Assembly: GCA_964005815.1 (NCBI GenBank) | Contig: CAXFSR010000017.1 | Coordinates: 160,001 to 224,000 of the forward strand | Source of the DNA: an uncultured Nitrospinaceae bacterium | GTDB lineage: Bacteria > UBA8248 | DNA: 64,000 bases | Direction of reading: 5' to 3' | Shown: positions 49,649-59,374 of the stretch, piece by piece | Position numbering within the stretch: the first letter of the stretch is position 1 | Layout: the number at the start of each line of letters is the position of its first letter | Notes under the pieces: model-generated | What the model was told of the DNA's origin: nothing | What the model saw: the letters and a program-made list of their open reading frames with translations, nothing else | The model's database searches: none | Translations under genes and position numbers: made by a program

Positions 49649-51574
49649 TTATTTGTCCTTTTTAACTTCTTCAAATTCTGCATCTACTACATCACCATCA
49701 TCACCACCTGTTTCATTTCCATTTTCTGTATTAGCAGATGGATTTTCAGAATCTGTATTTGCCTGTTTGCTAGCTTCTTCGTACATCGCCTGAGACAATT
49801 TATGTGATACAGTTTCTAAATTCGTTTTAGCAGAATCAATTTCTTCAATAGTTGCATCTTGATTTTCAAGAACTTTACGGACCTCTGCAATAGCATCTTC
49901 TATAGCTTTTTTATCTTCCTCTGAAACTTTATCATTGTTTTCACCCAACATCTTTTCTGTACTGTATGCGAGAGATTCTGCATTGTTTCTAGATTCCACG
50001 AGTTCTCTACGTTTTTTATCCTCACCAGCATTTTCTTCAGCATCTTTCACCATATTATTTATCTCTTCTTCAGAAATACCACTTGAACTCGTAATCGTAA
50101 TAGCTTGTTCCTTACCTGTACCTAAATCTTTTGCAGAAACATTAACAATCCCATTAGCATCAATGTCAAAGGTGACTTCTATTTGTGGCACTCCACGCGG
50201 AGCAGACGGAATATCTACAAGATGAAATTTTCCAAGACTACGATTATCAGCAGCCATTTCTCTCTCTCCTTGTAGAACATGCACCTCCACAGAAGTTTGA
50301 TTATCCGCAGCAGTAGAAAATGTTTCACTTTTTTTAACAGGAATTGTGGTGTTACGCTCAATAAGTTTCGTACAAACATTTCCTAAAGTCTCTATCCCTA
50401 GTGATAATGGAGTAACATCCAACAATAAAACATCCTTAACATCCCCTGCTAGAACACCACCTTGTACTGCCGCACCGACTGCTACAACTTCATCAGGATT
50501 CACACCTTTATGTGGTTCTTTAGTAAAGAATTTCTTTACTGTTTCCTGAACAAGAGGCATACGCGTAGAACCTCCAACTAAAACCACCTCATCTATATCT
50601 CCAGGTTGAAGATTTGCATCATTTAAAGATTGACGACAAGGAACAAGTGTTCTTTCTACTAATTCACCAGCAAGTTGTTCTAACTTAGAACGAGAAATTT
50701 TGATATTTAAATGTTTGGGTCCTGAGGAATCAGCTGTAATAAATGGAAGGTTAATATCAGTTTCCATTGAACTAGAAAGTTCAATCTTTGCTTTCTCAGA
50801 CTCTTCACGTAACCTCTGTAAAGCCATTGGATCAGTAGACAAATCAATACCCTGATCTTTTTTAAACTCCTCAACTAGCCAATCTATAATTTGTTGGTCA
50901 ATATTGTCACCACCTAGATGGGTATCTCCATTTGTCGCCTTAACTTCAACAACGTTATCTCCAACTTCGAGGATAGAAACATCGAAAGTTCCACCACCAA
51001 AATCATAAACAGCTATAGTTTGATCCTGCTTTTTGTCCAGACCATAGGCCAAAGCTGCCGCAGTAGGTTCATTAATTATACGCAGAACATTTAATCCAGC
51101 GATCTTTCCAGCATCTGTAGTAGCTTGTCTTTGACTATCATTAAAATATGCAGGAACTGTCACTACAGCATCACTAACTTCCTCTCCAAGATAGTCACTA
51201 GCTGCTTGTTTTAATTTTTGTAGAACACTAGAAGAAATTTCAGGTGGTGCGTAAACTTTACCATTTATCTTAAGCCTAGCATCACCATTCTCAGCTTTTA
51301 TAACTTCATAAGGCACCATCTTAACTTCTTCTGGAACCTCATCGAATCTTCTACCCATAAATCTCTTTACTGAATAAATAGTATTTGTAGGGTTGGTTAC
51401 TGCTTGCCTTTTAGCAACAACTCCAACAAGTTTCTCACCTTCTGGAGTAAAACCAACTATACTAGGTGTAGTACGATTCCCTTCCTGATTTGGTATGACC
51501 GTAGGTTCACCGGCTTCCATAATAGAAACTACAGAGTTTGTGGTTCCTAAATCAATACCAATAACTTTTCCCAT
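49649..51574 (-). CDS. dnaK: Chaperone DnaK
   Basis: [51 protein letters not shown]. Confidence 0.99.
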   Translation of the reverse strand: MGKVIGIDLGTTNSVVSIMEAGEPTVIPNQEGNRTTPSIVGFTPEGEKLVGVVAKRQAVTNPTNTIYSVKRFMGRRFDEVPEEVKMVPYEVIKAENGDARLKINGKVYAPPEISSSVLQKLKQAASDYLGEEVSDAVVTVPAYFNDSQRQATTDAGKIAGLNVLRIINEPTAAALAYGLDKKQDQTIAVYDFGGGTFDVSILEVGDNVVEVKATNGDTHLGGDNIDQQIIDWLVEEFKKDQGIDLSTDPMALQRLREESEKAKIELSSSMETDINLPFITADSSGPKHLNIKISRSKLEQLAGELVERTLVPCRQSLNDANLQPGDIDEVVLVGGSTRMPLVQETVKKFFTKEPHKGVNPDEVVAVGAAVQGGVLAGDVKDVLLLDVTPLSLGIETLGNVCTKLIERNTTIPVKKSETFSTAADNQTSVEVHVLQGEREMAADNRSLGKFHLVDIPSAPRGVPQIEVTFDIDANGIVNVSAKDLGTGKEQAITITSSSGISEEEINNMVKDAEENAGEDKKRRELVESRNNAESLAYSTEKMLGENNDKVSEEDKKAIEDAIAEVRKVLENQDATIEEIDSAKTNLETVSHKLSQAMYEEASKQANTDSENPSANTENGNETGGDDGDVVDAEFEEVKKDK

Positions 51575-51646
51575 TTTTGCCTCCTAAAACAAAAAAATAA
51601 AATTAAAATCAACAATAAAAAAATAAAAAAACAAAATTGGATGTTA

Positions 51647-51700
51647 AATTTATAATATGAGTCTTTTATTGTCAATTTATATAAGTATAATTAACTCATA
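51647..51700 (-). promoter_or_regulatory. dnaK sigma70 promoter overlapped by two HAIR-like HspR operators
   Basis: Minus strand TTGACA(51675-51670)-N17-TAAATT; TATGAGT-N7-TGTCAAT (51656-51676) and TATAAGT-N7-ACTCATA (51680-51700) versus HAIR CTTGAGT-N7-ACTCAAG. Confidence 0.7.
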
Positions 51701-51771
51701 TATAAATTGAATTAATTTTTTTATAAAATATCTGATTTGGAAATTAATTATTGATTAATTAATTGATAGAT

Positions 51772-51800
51772 TTGACAAAATTAAAATATAAAGATAGCCT
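51772..51800 (+). promoter_or_regulatory. Putative sigma70 promoter of erpA
   Basis: TTGACA-N17-TAGCCT, 58 nt upstream of the start. Confidence 0.45.
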
Positions 51801-51858
51801 AACAAAAGAAATTGTTTATAAAGATATTAGTTAAAAATATTTAAAAAAGGGAACGTGA

Positions 51859-52227
51859 ATGGTAACTTTATTTGATGAAACCAAGTCACCTACAAAAAGC
51901 TCCGGGATTACCGTAACAGAAAATGCATCTAAAAAAGTGAGTGAACTTCTTAAAGCAGAAGGAAAAGAAAATCACGGACTTCGTTTATCAGTGACCGCAG
52001 GGGGCTGTTCAGGCTATAACTACGGATTATTTTTTGACGAAAAAGCAAACCCTGATGACAAAGTTTACGAATCAAACGGCATCAATATATTCATAGACAC
52101 TCAGAGCGATTCTCTTCTATCTGGCACAGAAATAGATTTCGTTGACAGCCTAGAAGGCTCAGGATTTAAAATCAACAATCCTAATGCAACGGGCACTTGC
52201 GGCTGCGGAAAATCTTTCACAGCCTAA
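51859..52227 (+). CDS. erpA: A-type Fe-S carrier (ErpA/IscA/HesB family)
   Basis: LRLSVTAGGCSG, IDFVDSLEGSGF.INNPNA, TCGCGKSF. Confidence 0.9.
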   Translation: MVTLFDETKSPTKSSGITVTENASKKVSELLKAEGKENHGLRLSVTAGGCSGYNYGLFFDEKANPDDKVYESNGINIFIDTQSDSLLSGTEIDFVDSLEGSGFKINNPNATGTCGCGKSFTA

Positions 52228-52264
52228 ACAAAAAATCAACTAGCTAATTACCATCTAATTGAAG

Positions 52265-52299
52265 AAAACGGATTTTAATAAAATACAATCCGTTTTTTT
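52265..52299 (+). terminator. Rho-independent terminator after erpA
   Basis: AAAACGGATT…AATCCGTTTT stem running into a T-tract. Confidence 0.65.
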
Positions 52300-52382
52300 G
52301 CCAATCTATATAAAATCGTTAAAAGAATGGTAAAATAATAAAATACACCCTTTTATTTAGCCTACTTAAAGAGGAATTTTTA

Positions 52383-53174
52383 ATGCAACGTTTTAAAAAT
52401 AAAGTTTGCATCATAAGTGGTGGAGCTAGTGGAATTGGCGCTAAAACCGCTGAAATGTTTGCAGAAGAAGGTGGAAAGGTTTTAATAGGAGATGTTGATG
52501 AAAAAAATGGAAAGAATCAAACAGAAAAAATTACCGAAAAATACGGTAATGGAACTGCTATTTTTTTCTATCTAGATGTTTCCAATCCTAACGATTGCGA
52601 AAAAGCTGTAAAGAAAGCTGTTCATGAATTTGGTTGCGTAAACTACCTACTAAATAGCGCAATTAAAATGGCTCCAGGAATGCTAAAAGAACTTTCTCTC
52701 GAAAATTGGAATACAATGATCACAATTGGATTAACTGGGACATTTCTCATGACTCAAGCAACTGGAAGGTGGATGATTGACAACAACATCCCTGGGTCTA
52801 TAGTCACAATGTCGTCTATTGGTGGACAACAACCATACGGAATGTCAGGTGCTTACTCAACTGTAAAAGCCGCTGTCATCATGCTTGCAGAACACTTTGG
52901 GATAGAATGGGCCAGCCACAAAATCAGGGTTAATGCCATATGCCCTGGTCACACAGAAACACCTTTAACATCTTACTTAAAAGACTCGGACATAAAAAAA
53001 CAGAGAAGTGAAATCACACCACTGCTGAGGGTCGCACAGCCAATAGATATTGCCAACGGTATTTTATTCTTATTCTCAGAAGAAGCAGATTACATAACTG
53101 CTACAACCCTAGAAATTGACGGCGGACTTAGCAAAACTGTAATGAATCATCTACCTGGTCGAAAGTGGAAATAA
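52383..53174 (+). CDS. SDR-family oxidoreductase
   Basis: SGGASGIG, YSTVK, IRVNAICPG, LEIDGG; GAGG RBS. Confidence 0.92.
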   Translation: MQRFKNKVCIISGGASGIGAKTAEMFAEEGGKVLIGDVDEKNGKNQTEKITEKYGNGTAIFFYLDVSNPNDCEKAVKKAVHEFGCVNYLLNSAIKMAPGMLKELSLENWNTMITIGLTGTFLMTQATGRWMIDNNIPGSIVTMSSIGGQQPYGMSGAYSTVKAAVIMLAEHFGIEWASHKIRVNAICPGHTETPLTSYLKDSDIKKQRSEITPLLRVAQPIDIANGILFLFSEEADYITATTLEIDGGLSKTVMNHLPGRKWK

Positions 53175-53206
53175 AAGCTTTGAAAAAAATCAAAGAGAAC
53201 AAAAAA

Positions 53207-54622
53207 ATGAAAATACTATTAATTTCATGTTATGAACTAGGGAATCAACCTATACCAACAGCTAGCTTACATGCTTTCTTAAAGAGTTACTCCTACAACC
53301 CCCAAGTTTTAGATTTATCTACACAAAAGATCAATCATGAAGATATTCAAAATTGCGATTTTATTGCTCTTAGCACTCCTATGCATACTGCCCTATCAAT
53401 TGCAGTAGAAGCGACAAAAATAATTCGCAAGTTCAACAAAGAGTGTCATATTTGCTACTATGGAGATTATGCAGATCTTAACTCTAATTACCTTCTGAAA
53501 AATATAGCTGATAGTTGCTTAAGCGGCGAAACACAAAAATCAATACTCGAAATAATAAAATCTATTCAGTCTTCCTCTAACACAATTACATACAAACAAA
53601 ACAGAGAAAAAAAGAAAATTCGACTTATAGAAAAACCAGATTTCAAAATACCAGAAAGATCCCTACTTCCTGATCTATCCAATTACAATAAATTAATTAA
53701 TGATCAAAACCATGTTACAACAGCTGCAGTCGAAACTAGCAGAGGCTGCAAACATCAATGTTTACATTGCCCTATCACACCTATTTTCAAAGGTCGTTTT
53801 TTTGTTGTGCCAAAAGAAATAGTTTTATCCGACATAAAAAACTTGTATTTACAAGGCGCTAGACATATCACATTTACCGACCCTGATTTTCTAAACGGAC
53901 CCAAACATTCGCTTAAAATTCTTAGAGAAATGAACAATTTATTCCCTGAAATGACTTTTGACTTTACAGCAAAAATTGAGCATCTAATCCAACAAAAAGA
54001 CATTTTTACCGAACTTCAAGAATTAGGTTGCCTATTTATCGTTACAGCTTTGGAATCTTTAAATAACAAAATCTTAAAAAAATTAATTAAAGGACATTCG
54101 AAAAAAGATTTCTTGGAAGTTTTAAAAATCGCAAGAGCGAACGGGATTTCTATTCGACCTTCATTAATTGCATTTACTCCTTGGACAACTCCCAAAGATT
54201 ACATAGAATTACTTGATTTTATTGAGAAAAATGAATTGATTGATGAAATAGATCCAATTCAGATGTCAATAAGATTACTCATACCACCTGAGTCGAGTCT
54301 GCTTCAATTACAAGACCTAAAGAAATACATAGTGCGCTTCGAACCAGACAAATTTTCTTATATATGGAAGCATCCAAATCCAAAAATGGAACTTTTAAAT
54401 TTGAAAATTTCGAGGATTGTAGAAAATCATGCAAATCTTAACAAAGAAGCTTTAGAAACATTTTTCGCTCTTAAGAAAGAATTTTCGAAAATCTTTCCTG
54501 AAATCATAAAAGAGGAAAACGTTACTATCAGAACAAAAAAAATTACCGCGAAACCTCCAAAACTTACCGAATCATGGTTCTGTTGAGCAGAGCCAACTGA
54601 GAGTCAGTTGACTCTAAATTAA
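53207..54622 (+). CDS. Cobalamin-binding-type radical SAM protein with CU-AEP tail (probable selenoprotein; Sec at TGA 54584-54586)
   Basis: ISCYELGNQP N-terminus, STPMHTA, ETSRGCKHQCLHCP (CxxxCxxC), HITFTDPDF, FTPWTT; TGT-TGA-GCA-GAG-CCA continues in frame to TAA 54620-54622. Confidence 0.88.
54587..54615 (+). promoter_or_regulatory. Bacterial SECIS-like stem-loop immediately 3' of the in-frame UGA
   Basis: AGAGCCAACTGA-GAG-TCAGTTGACTCT: 12-bp stem with one C/A mismatch, G-first apical loop 14 nt after UGA. Confidence 0.7.
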
Positions 54623-55332
54623 AGATTCAATACCGCAACTGCTCGTATTGGAGAACCAGAACCTCCACGAATTTTTAGAGGAAGACCAATATAAAGAAAT
54701 TCCTTACCTGCCACATCTTCAATATTACAAAGATTTTCTGTGTTATGACATTGCAATTCTCTACATAACACATGACAAGGGAAAGTCATTTCTCCTGTAT
54801 TAATTCCAGCATCGATACTAGGGGCATCCTGACCAATATTTACGATCCCGCATTCTCTATATAGAAAATTGCCAGCATCGTATGAAAGACCAGGATAATC
54901 AGTATTATAGCTATCCTCGGGATAAGTTCGTCTAAAATGTCCACCAGTAAAAAGAAAGGTACCCGCATTGGGTGGTGTCAAATCTTGGCTACTAAGCTCA
55001 TCTTCAAGAAGCTTTAAAGAAATCTCCTCTTTAGGTTCCACTTTACCAGTAAAGTCGATAGCAATACCTCTTGTAATAAATTTTTTAAGGTTAGATTGAT
55101 CTATAGTGGGGGCAGTTTCTCTTTCGTCAATATGGCTAACTGCATCAACATGGGTTGGACCATGATCACACATATGCAACATCATTGCTGCGTAAGTAAT
55201 ATCTTTAGGTCTAATAGGAGCATTCCTTGCGTCTTCATGTGTAGCAATAAACTCTATTTCCGTGGGAGGATGCCCAGGAAACCTTGGAGCACCCGTATAT
55301 ATATCCTGACTAAGATTAACAATATCATACAT
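54619..55332 (-). CDS. Cyclase family (kynurenine formamidase/KynB-like) metal hydrolase
   Basis: DHGPTHVDAVSH, YPGLS, GQDAPSID, ENLCN, PLKIRGGSGSPIRAVA. Confidence 0.9.
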   Translation of the reverse strand: MYDIVNLSQDIYTGAPRFPGHPPTEIEFIATHEDARNAPIRPKDITYAAMMLHMCDHGPTHVDAVSHIDERETAPTIDQSNLKKFITRGIAIDFTGKVEPKEEISLKLLEDELSSQDLTPPNAGTFLFTGGHFRRTYPEDSYNTDYPGLSYDAGNFLYRECGIVNIGQDAPSIDAGINTGEMTFPCHVLCRELQCHNTENLCNIEDVAGKEFLYIGLPLKIRGGSGSPIRAVAVLNL

Positions 55333-55382
55333 AATAACACCCCTCTAAAAATTCAAGAAAAAACTATTCCGAGTCAGTAAAC

Positions 55383-56627
55383 TTAGCCAATTCCACCTAC
55401 TGTGACACCATTTGGCTCGGGCGCTTCAAGTGCTGGCAATACATGAGTCATAAATGCATCTAACTCAGATATTACTTCTTTAGATGGAATCTGTGCATAG
55501 TGCCAGATCAAAGTGATATATTCAGCGGGAACTTTATCATAAGAATGGAGGAATTGCTCCTTCAACTGTTCTACGGTACCACCGAGAAAAATACCACTAT
55601 CTTTCATGTTCTCTACCCAATCTATATTTGATGTGTCATCTGGGAACTGGGGAAAGAAAGGAACATAAAAATTTTCATAGATATCTTGATCATACTCTTT
55701 AAGCTTACGATCGTAATCGGCTTCATTTTCAGCTACATGAATCCACCTGCAAACACATTGCCTTTCTCCATGCGCAAAGTTATGTCCATGCTTTTGTGCT
55801 TCTTCTACATAAACATATGACATTTCTTCCATTTTTTCCAATTTAGTGAAATACACAGGCCGAAAACCATGCTTAGCTGCAAATTTGATAGAATCATTAC
55901 TAGCACTAACTGCCTGAAAAACTGGAGGATGTGGAGACTGGTATGGTTTAGGAACAACACTGACTTTATGTACTCTTCCATCTTCACCTACTTCTCCGTG
56001 CGTTCCTGCATCTCGTGCACTTTTCCAAGCTGGATACTCTATACCGTCTTTATAGGGGTAAGGAATTTTATAATAGTTGCCATCTATCTGTGAAGATTCT
56101 TCAGTCCAAAATTTCAAAAGCATCTCTGCACGCTCTTCGAAAATTTCTCGATTTTTCACATCATCATCTCCGCCAAGATCAGAACTAACGGTTGCAACCG
56201 AATCTGTGAATTGGCCCAAAACATTTGCCCATCTGGACTGATACCCTCGTGCCATACCAACAAACATTTTCCCTTTAGTTATATGATCCAGAATTGCGGT
56301 TTCTTCTGCAACCCTAACTGGATCCTGTGTAGCCATAACATAGCCTAGAGCACCAACACGCGCATTTTTTACGTGACTAGCCCACCAAGCATTTAAAACA
56401 CCTGGATTAGGTCCTACCTCATACCCTTCTGAATGAAAATGATGTTCTATAGTACTAACCCCCCAAACACCCATTTCATCTGCAGCCTTGACTATATCAA
56501 GCCATTCGTGGAGAACATGATGGTAAAGATCTGTGTCACAAGCAAGAGGCCTTTTTTCTTCACGCTCAGCACGATCCTTTGATGGAAGCATAGGGTATAA
56601 CTGAACTATGACTTTAGGTTTTGCCAT
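55383..56627 (-). CDS. LLM-class flavin-dependent oxidoreductase
   Basis: EHHFHSEG, DPVRVAEETAILDHITKG, GMARGYQ, VVPKPYQSPHPP; AAGGAG RBS. Confidence 0.92.
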   Translation of the reverse strand: MAKPKVIVQLYPMLPSKDRAEREEKRPLACDTDLYHHVLHEWLDIVKAADEMGVWGVSTIEHHFHSEGYEVGPNPGVLNAWWASHVKNARVGALGYVMATQDPVRVAEETAILDHITKGKMFVGMARGYQSRWANVLGQFTDSVATVSSDLGGDDDVKNREIFEERAEMLLKFWTEESSQIDGNYYKIPYPYKDGIEYPAWKSARDAGTHGEVGEDGRVHKVSVVPKPYQSPHPPVFQAVSASNDSIKFAAKHGFRPVYFTKLEKMEEMSYVYVEEAQKHGHNFAHGERQCVCRWIHVAENEADYDRKLKEYDQDIYENFYVPFFPQFPDDTSNIDWVENMKDSGIFLGGTVEQLKEQFLHSYDKVPAEYITLIWHYAQIPSKEVISELDAFMTHVLPALEAPEPNGVTVGGIG

Positions 56628-56670
56628 TTTCTACTCCTTTATTAAAAAATGAATACTTCCATTAAGAAAA

Positions 56671-57192
56671 TTATGCCACATTCTTATTTCCTTTAGATCT
56701 CCAGTTACTTATTCCGAGATCTAATTTTGACAAAAATTTGGATACAACAAGCTTTTCTTCATCTGTAACATCTGACATGAGATTCGCTATAGATAAAAAA
56801 TAATCAGGGAAAATATTTTCCAGAAGGTCCTCCCCTTTCTTAGTAATCTTTACATTTGTCCTTCTTTTATCTTCATCCAAATGTTCTCTCTTAACAAATC
56901 CATCACGCTCGAGACCATCAACTAGGCCGGTCATGGTTGCTCTAGTAACTCCAGCACTCTCGGCCAAATCTGAAGGTGCGAATCCTTTATCTTTCCTTCT
57001 TAGGATTAATAGAACTACAAATCTCCCTTGAGATATTCCATAAGAGATTAAATAATCATTGAAGATATTTAAAAGATCACTGCCGGATCTTAAAAATTGA
57101 TAGAAAAGAAGCATAGATGATGGTTCTAAACTAGAATATACTTCTAGTGGCCTAAAATCCTCTCTTGTTGGAAGGTCTTTCATACAAAACAT
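56671..57192 (-). CDS. MarR-family transcriptional regulator
   Basis: GISQGRFVVL, PSDLAESAGVTRATMTGLVDGLERDG, DKRRTNVKITKKG. Confidence 0.93.
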   Translation of the reverse strand: MFCMKDLPTREDFRPLEVYSSLEPSSMLLFYQFLRSGSDLLNIFNDYLISYGISQGRFVVLLILRRKDKGFAPSDLAESAGVTRATMTGLVDGLERDGFVKREHLDEDKRRTNVKITKKGEDLLENIFPDYFLSIANLMSDVTDEEKLVVSKFLSKLDLGISNWRSKGNKNVA

Positions 57193-57206
57193 GGAAATCC
57201 CCTTAA

Positions 57207-57250
57207 ATAATTAGCCTCCTAACCATATAACTTTACAATGAAATTTTCAA
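57207..57250 (-). promoter_or_regulatory. marR promoter with overlapping MarR-type palindromic operator
   Basis: Minus strand TTGAAA-N17-TATGGT; ATAATTAG-CCTC-CTAACCAT (57207-57226) overlaps the -10 and the likely transcription start. Confidence 0.6.
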
Positions 57251-57329
57251 TAATAAAATTGGCAAACTTTATTTTTTTAAATTATAATTATGGTGATTTA
57301 AGTTTTTAAAATTTTCATAGGAGAAAAAA

Positions 57330-58040
57330 ATGCGTTCGGGCAATGCAACACAACTAAATCGGCAAGATTCTATATCACTTCAGGCAGCAGCGTTCATGCA
57401 ACGTGTTTATGGATGGATGACACTTGGGCTAATTGTAACTGGGTTTAGTGCTTTCTATATAGCTTCAAGTCAAAGCGCAATTAATTTTATTTTTGGTAGC
57501 TCTATGTCTATATTACTAATTTTTGCCGTACAACTCGGCATAGTTTTTGCTATCAAACCTGCTATGAGAAGCGGTGGCTGGCAAATTGGACTACTTCTAT
57601 TTGTTGTTTTCAGCGCCTCCTTGGGAGTAACTGTTTCTAGTCTTTTACTGCGGTATACATTTACATCGGTTTCACAAGCTTTCTTTGTTACTGCAGGTGC
57701 TTTTGGAGCTATGACAATTTTTGCTTTTGTCACAAAAAAAGACTTATCTGGATGGCAAAATTTTCTTTACGTAGGTCTTTTTGGAATTATTATAGCGATG
57801 ATTGTTAATATCTTTTTGCAAAGCAGTGCTCTTCATTTCGCCATAAGTGTAATAGGAGTTTTAGTTTTTGCAGGTCTTACTGCATATGATACTCAAAAGA
57901 TGAAAGAATACGCATACTCACAAGATACAAACAATGAAACCGGCAGAAGAGCGTCAGTAATGGCAGCTCTAGAACTTTATCTTGATTTCATAAATATGTT
58001 TATTTTTCTTACACATCTTTTAGGAAGTTCTAGAGATTAG
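57330..58040 (+). CDS. Bax inhibitor-1/YccA (YbhL-like) membrane protein
   Basis: FMQRVYGWMTLGL, TKKDLS, FAGLTAYDTQKMK, ALELYLDFINMF; AGGAG RBS. Confidence 0.93.
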   Translation: MRSGNATQLNRQDSISLQAAAFMQRVYGWMTLGLIVTGFSAFYIASSQSAINFIFGSSMSILLIFAVQLGIVFAIKPAMRSGGWQIGLLLFVVFSASLGVTVSSLLLRYTFTSVSQAFFVTAGAFGAMTIFAFVTKKDLSGWQNFLYVGLFGIIIAMIVNIFLQSSALHFAISVIGVLVFAGLTAYDTQKMKEYAYSQDTNNETGRRASVMAALELYLDFINMFIFLTHLLGSSRD

Positions 58041-58049
58041 ATAACTTTT

Positions 58050-58075
58050 CATCCCCTGGATTTATCCAGGGGATG
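58050..58075. terminator. Perfect GC-rich hairpin between convergent genes (terminator or REP-like element)
   Basis: CATCCCCTGGA-TTTA-TCCAGGGGATG, 11-bp perfect stem; followed by AAAAG on the minus strand and TTAC on the plus strand, so no strong U-tract. Confidence 0.55.
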
Positions 58076-58078
58076 TTA

Positions 58079-59332
58079 CTAAATCTCGGAATTTTCTTCT
58101 ATTTCCTTACGTAATGACTTTTCACTTATAACCGCAATGGTCATCTTTTCTTTTCTAAAAATATCCTTAGCAACACTAACTATTTCTTCTTTCGTAACTG
58201 ATTCTACTTCTTCAATTTCTTGTTTCATAGGATAAAGCATATTTCGTAACATTAAACTTGAACCATTTCTTCCTGCAAAATAACTTGAACTTTCGTGTAT
58301 TTGTAGATTCCCTCTTATGTAACTTTTAGCTTCTGACAATTCTTCATCTGTAACTTCTTCATCCTTAAACTTAGAAGATTCCTCTAAAATTACTTTTGTC
58401 GCCTCAGAAGCTTTTTCTAATGCAACTCCTGCTTTCATTTCAACGTATCCTGCGTCTGTAAAACAATTCGCACTTGCACCTACACTGTATGCAAGACCTC
58501 TTTTCTCCCTAACTTCAGTGAAAAGACGACTACTCATTTTCCCGCCTAAAATATTACACATTACCCTAAGAGGCTGAAGATTCTCATGATCCAAACCATA
58601 ACCGCGAAATCCAATAGAAAGATTAACTTGATCAGTTTGTCTTACTTGTTCCACGAATGACTTTTTACTTTCCTTTGGCAAGGAAACATTATCTGGCCTC
58701 TCTGAACTTCCAGAACGAGACCCAAAAAACTTTTCAGAGAGTTCAACAACATATTCATGCTTAACTCCACCTGCAACGGAAATGACGGTATTTCCGGGCT
58801 GATACCATATATCAATCAATTCACGCATATTTTCTGGTTCAATCCTATTAATTGTTTCTTTGCTTCCAATTACACCTACCTGGAGGTTAAACATAGTCGT
58901 TTCAAGCAGATCAGAAACCCAAATTCTTGGCATATCTTCGTACATTTTCAACTCTTCTAATATGACATGCCTTTCTCTACTCCACTCTTCTTTATCTAGC
59001 AGGCAGTTATTTACCGCATCTGCATAAACATTTAAAACTTTTTCAAAAACTTGCACTGGAGAGGTAAAATGGTAACAAGTCCTTTCCGCTGCTGTATTCG
59101 CATTGATTGAAGCACCATTTCCTTCCATTTCTCTTGCAATATCTAAAGTCGATCTAGTTGGAGTCCCTTTAAAAACCATATGCTCTAGAGCATGTGACAC
59201 ACCAACAACTTCATTTCCTTCATGACGACCACCACAACCAAAGTATATATGAAACGCGACTGCAGCAGACTCCTCTCGTTCTGTAGTTACTACTTGAATG
59301 CCATTTGACAAAATACTTTTCTTAACTTCCAT
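58079..59332 (-). CDS. M16-family zinc peptidase
   Basis: Inverted zincin HALEHMVFKGT, NANT, MSSRLFTEVREKRGLAYSV; ATG 59332 with GGAGG RBS. Confidence 0.93.
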   Translation of the reverse strand: MEVKKSILSNGIQVVTTEREESAAVAFHIYFGCGGRHEGNEVVGVSHALEHMVFKGTPTRSTLDIAREMEGNGASINANTAAERTCYHFTSPVQVFEKVLNVYADAVNNCLLDKEEWSRERHVILEELKMYEDMPRIWVSDLLETTMFNLQVGVIGSKETINRIEPENMRELIDIWYQPGNTVISVAGGVKHEYVVELSEKFFGSRSGSSERPDNVSLPKESKKSFVEQVRQTDQVNLSIGFRGYGLDHENLQPLRVMCNILGGKMSSRLFTEVREKRGLAYSVGASANCFTDAGYVEMKAGVALEKASEATKVILEESSKFKDEEVTDEELSEAKSYIRGNLQIHESSSYFAGRNGSSLMLRNMLYPMKQEIEEVESVTKEEIVSVAKDIFRKEKMTIAVISEKSLRKEIEENSEI

Positions 59333-59374
59333 TTGACCTCCAATCAAAGTTTCCTAAGAAAAAATTCTTCTTTT

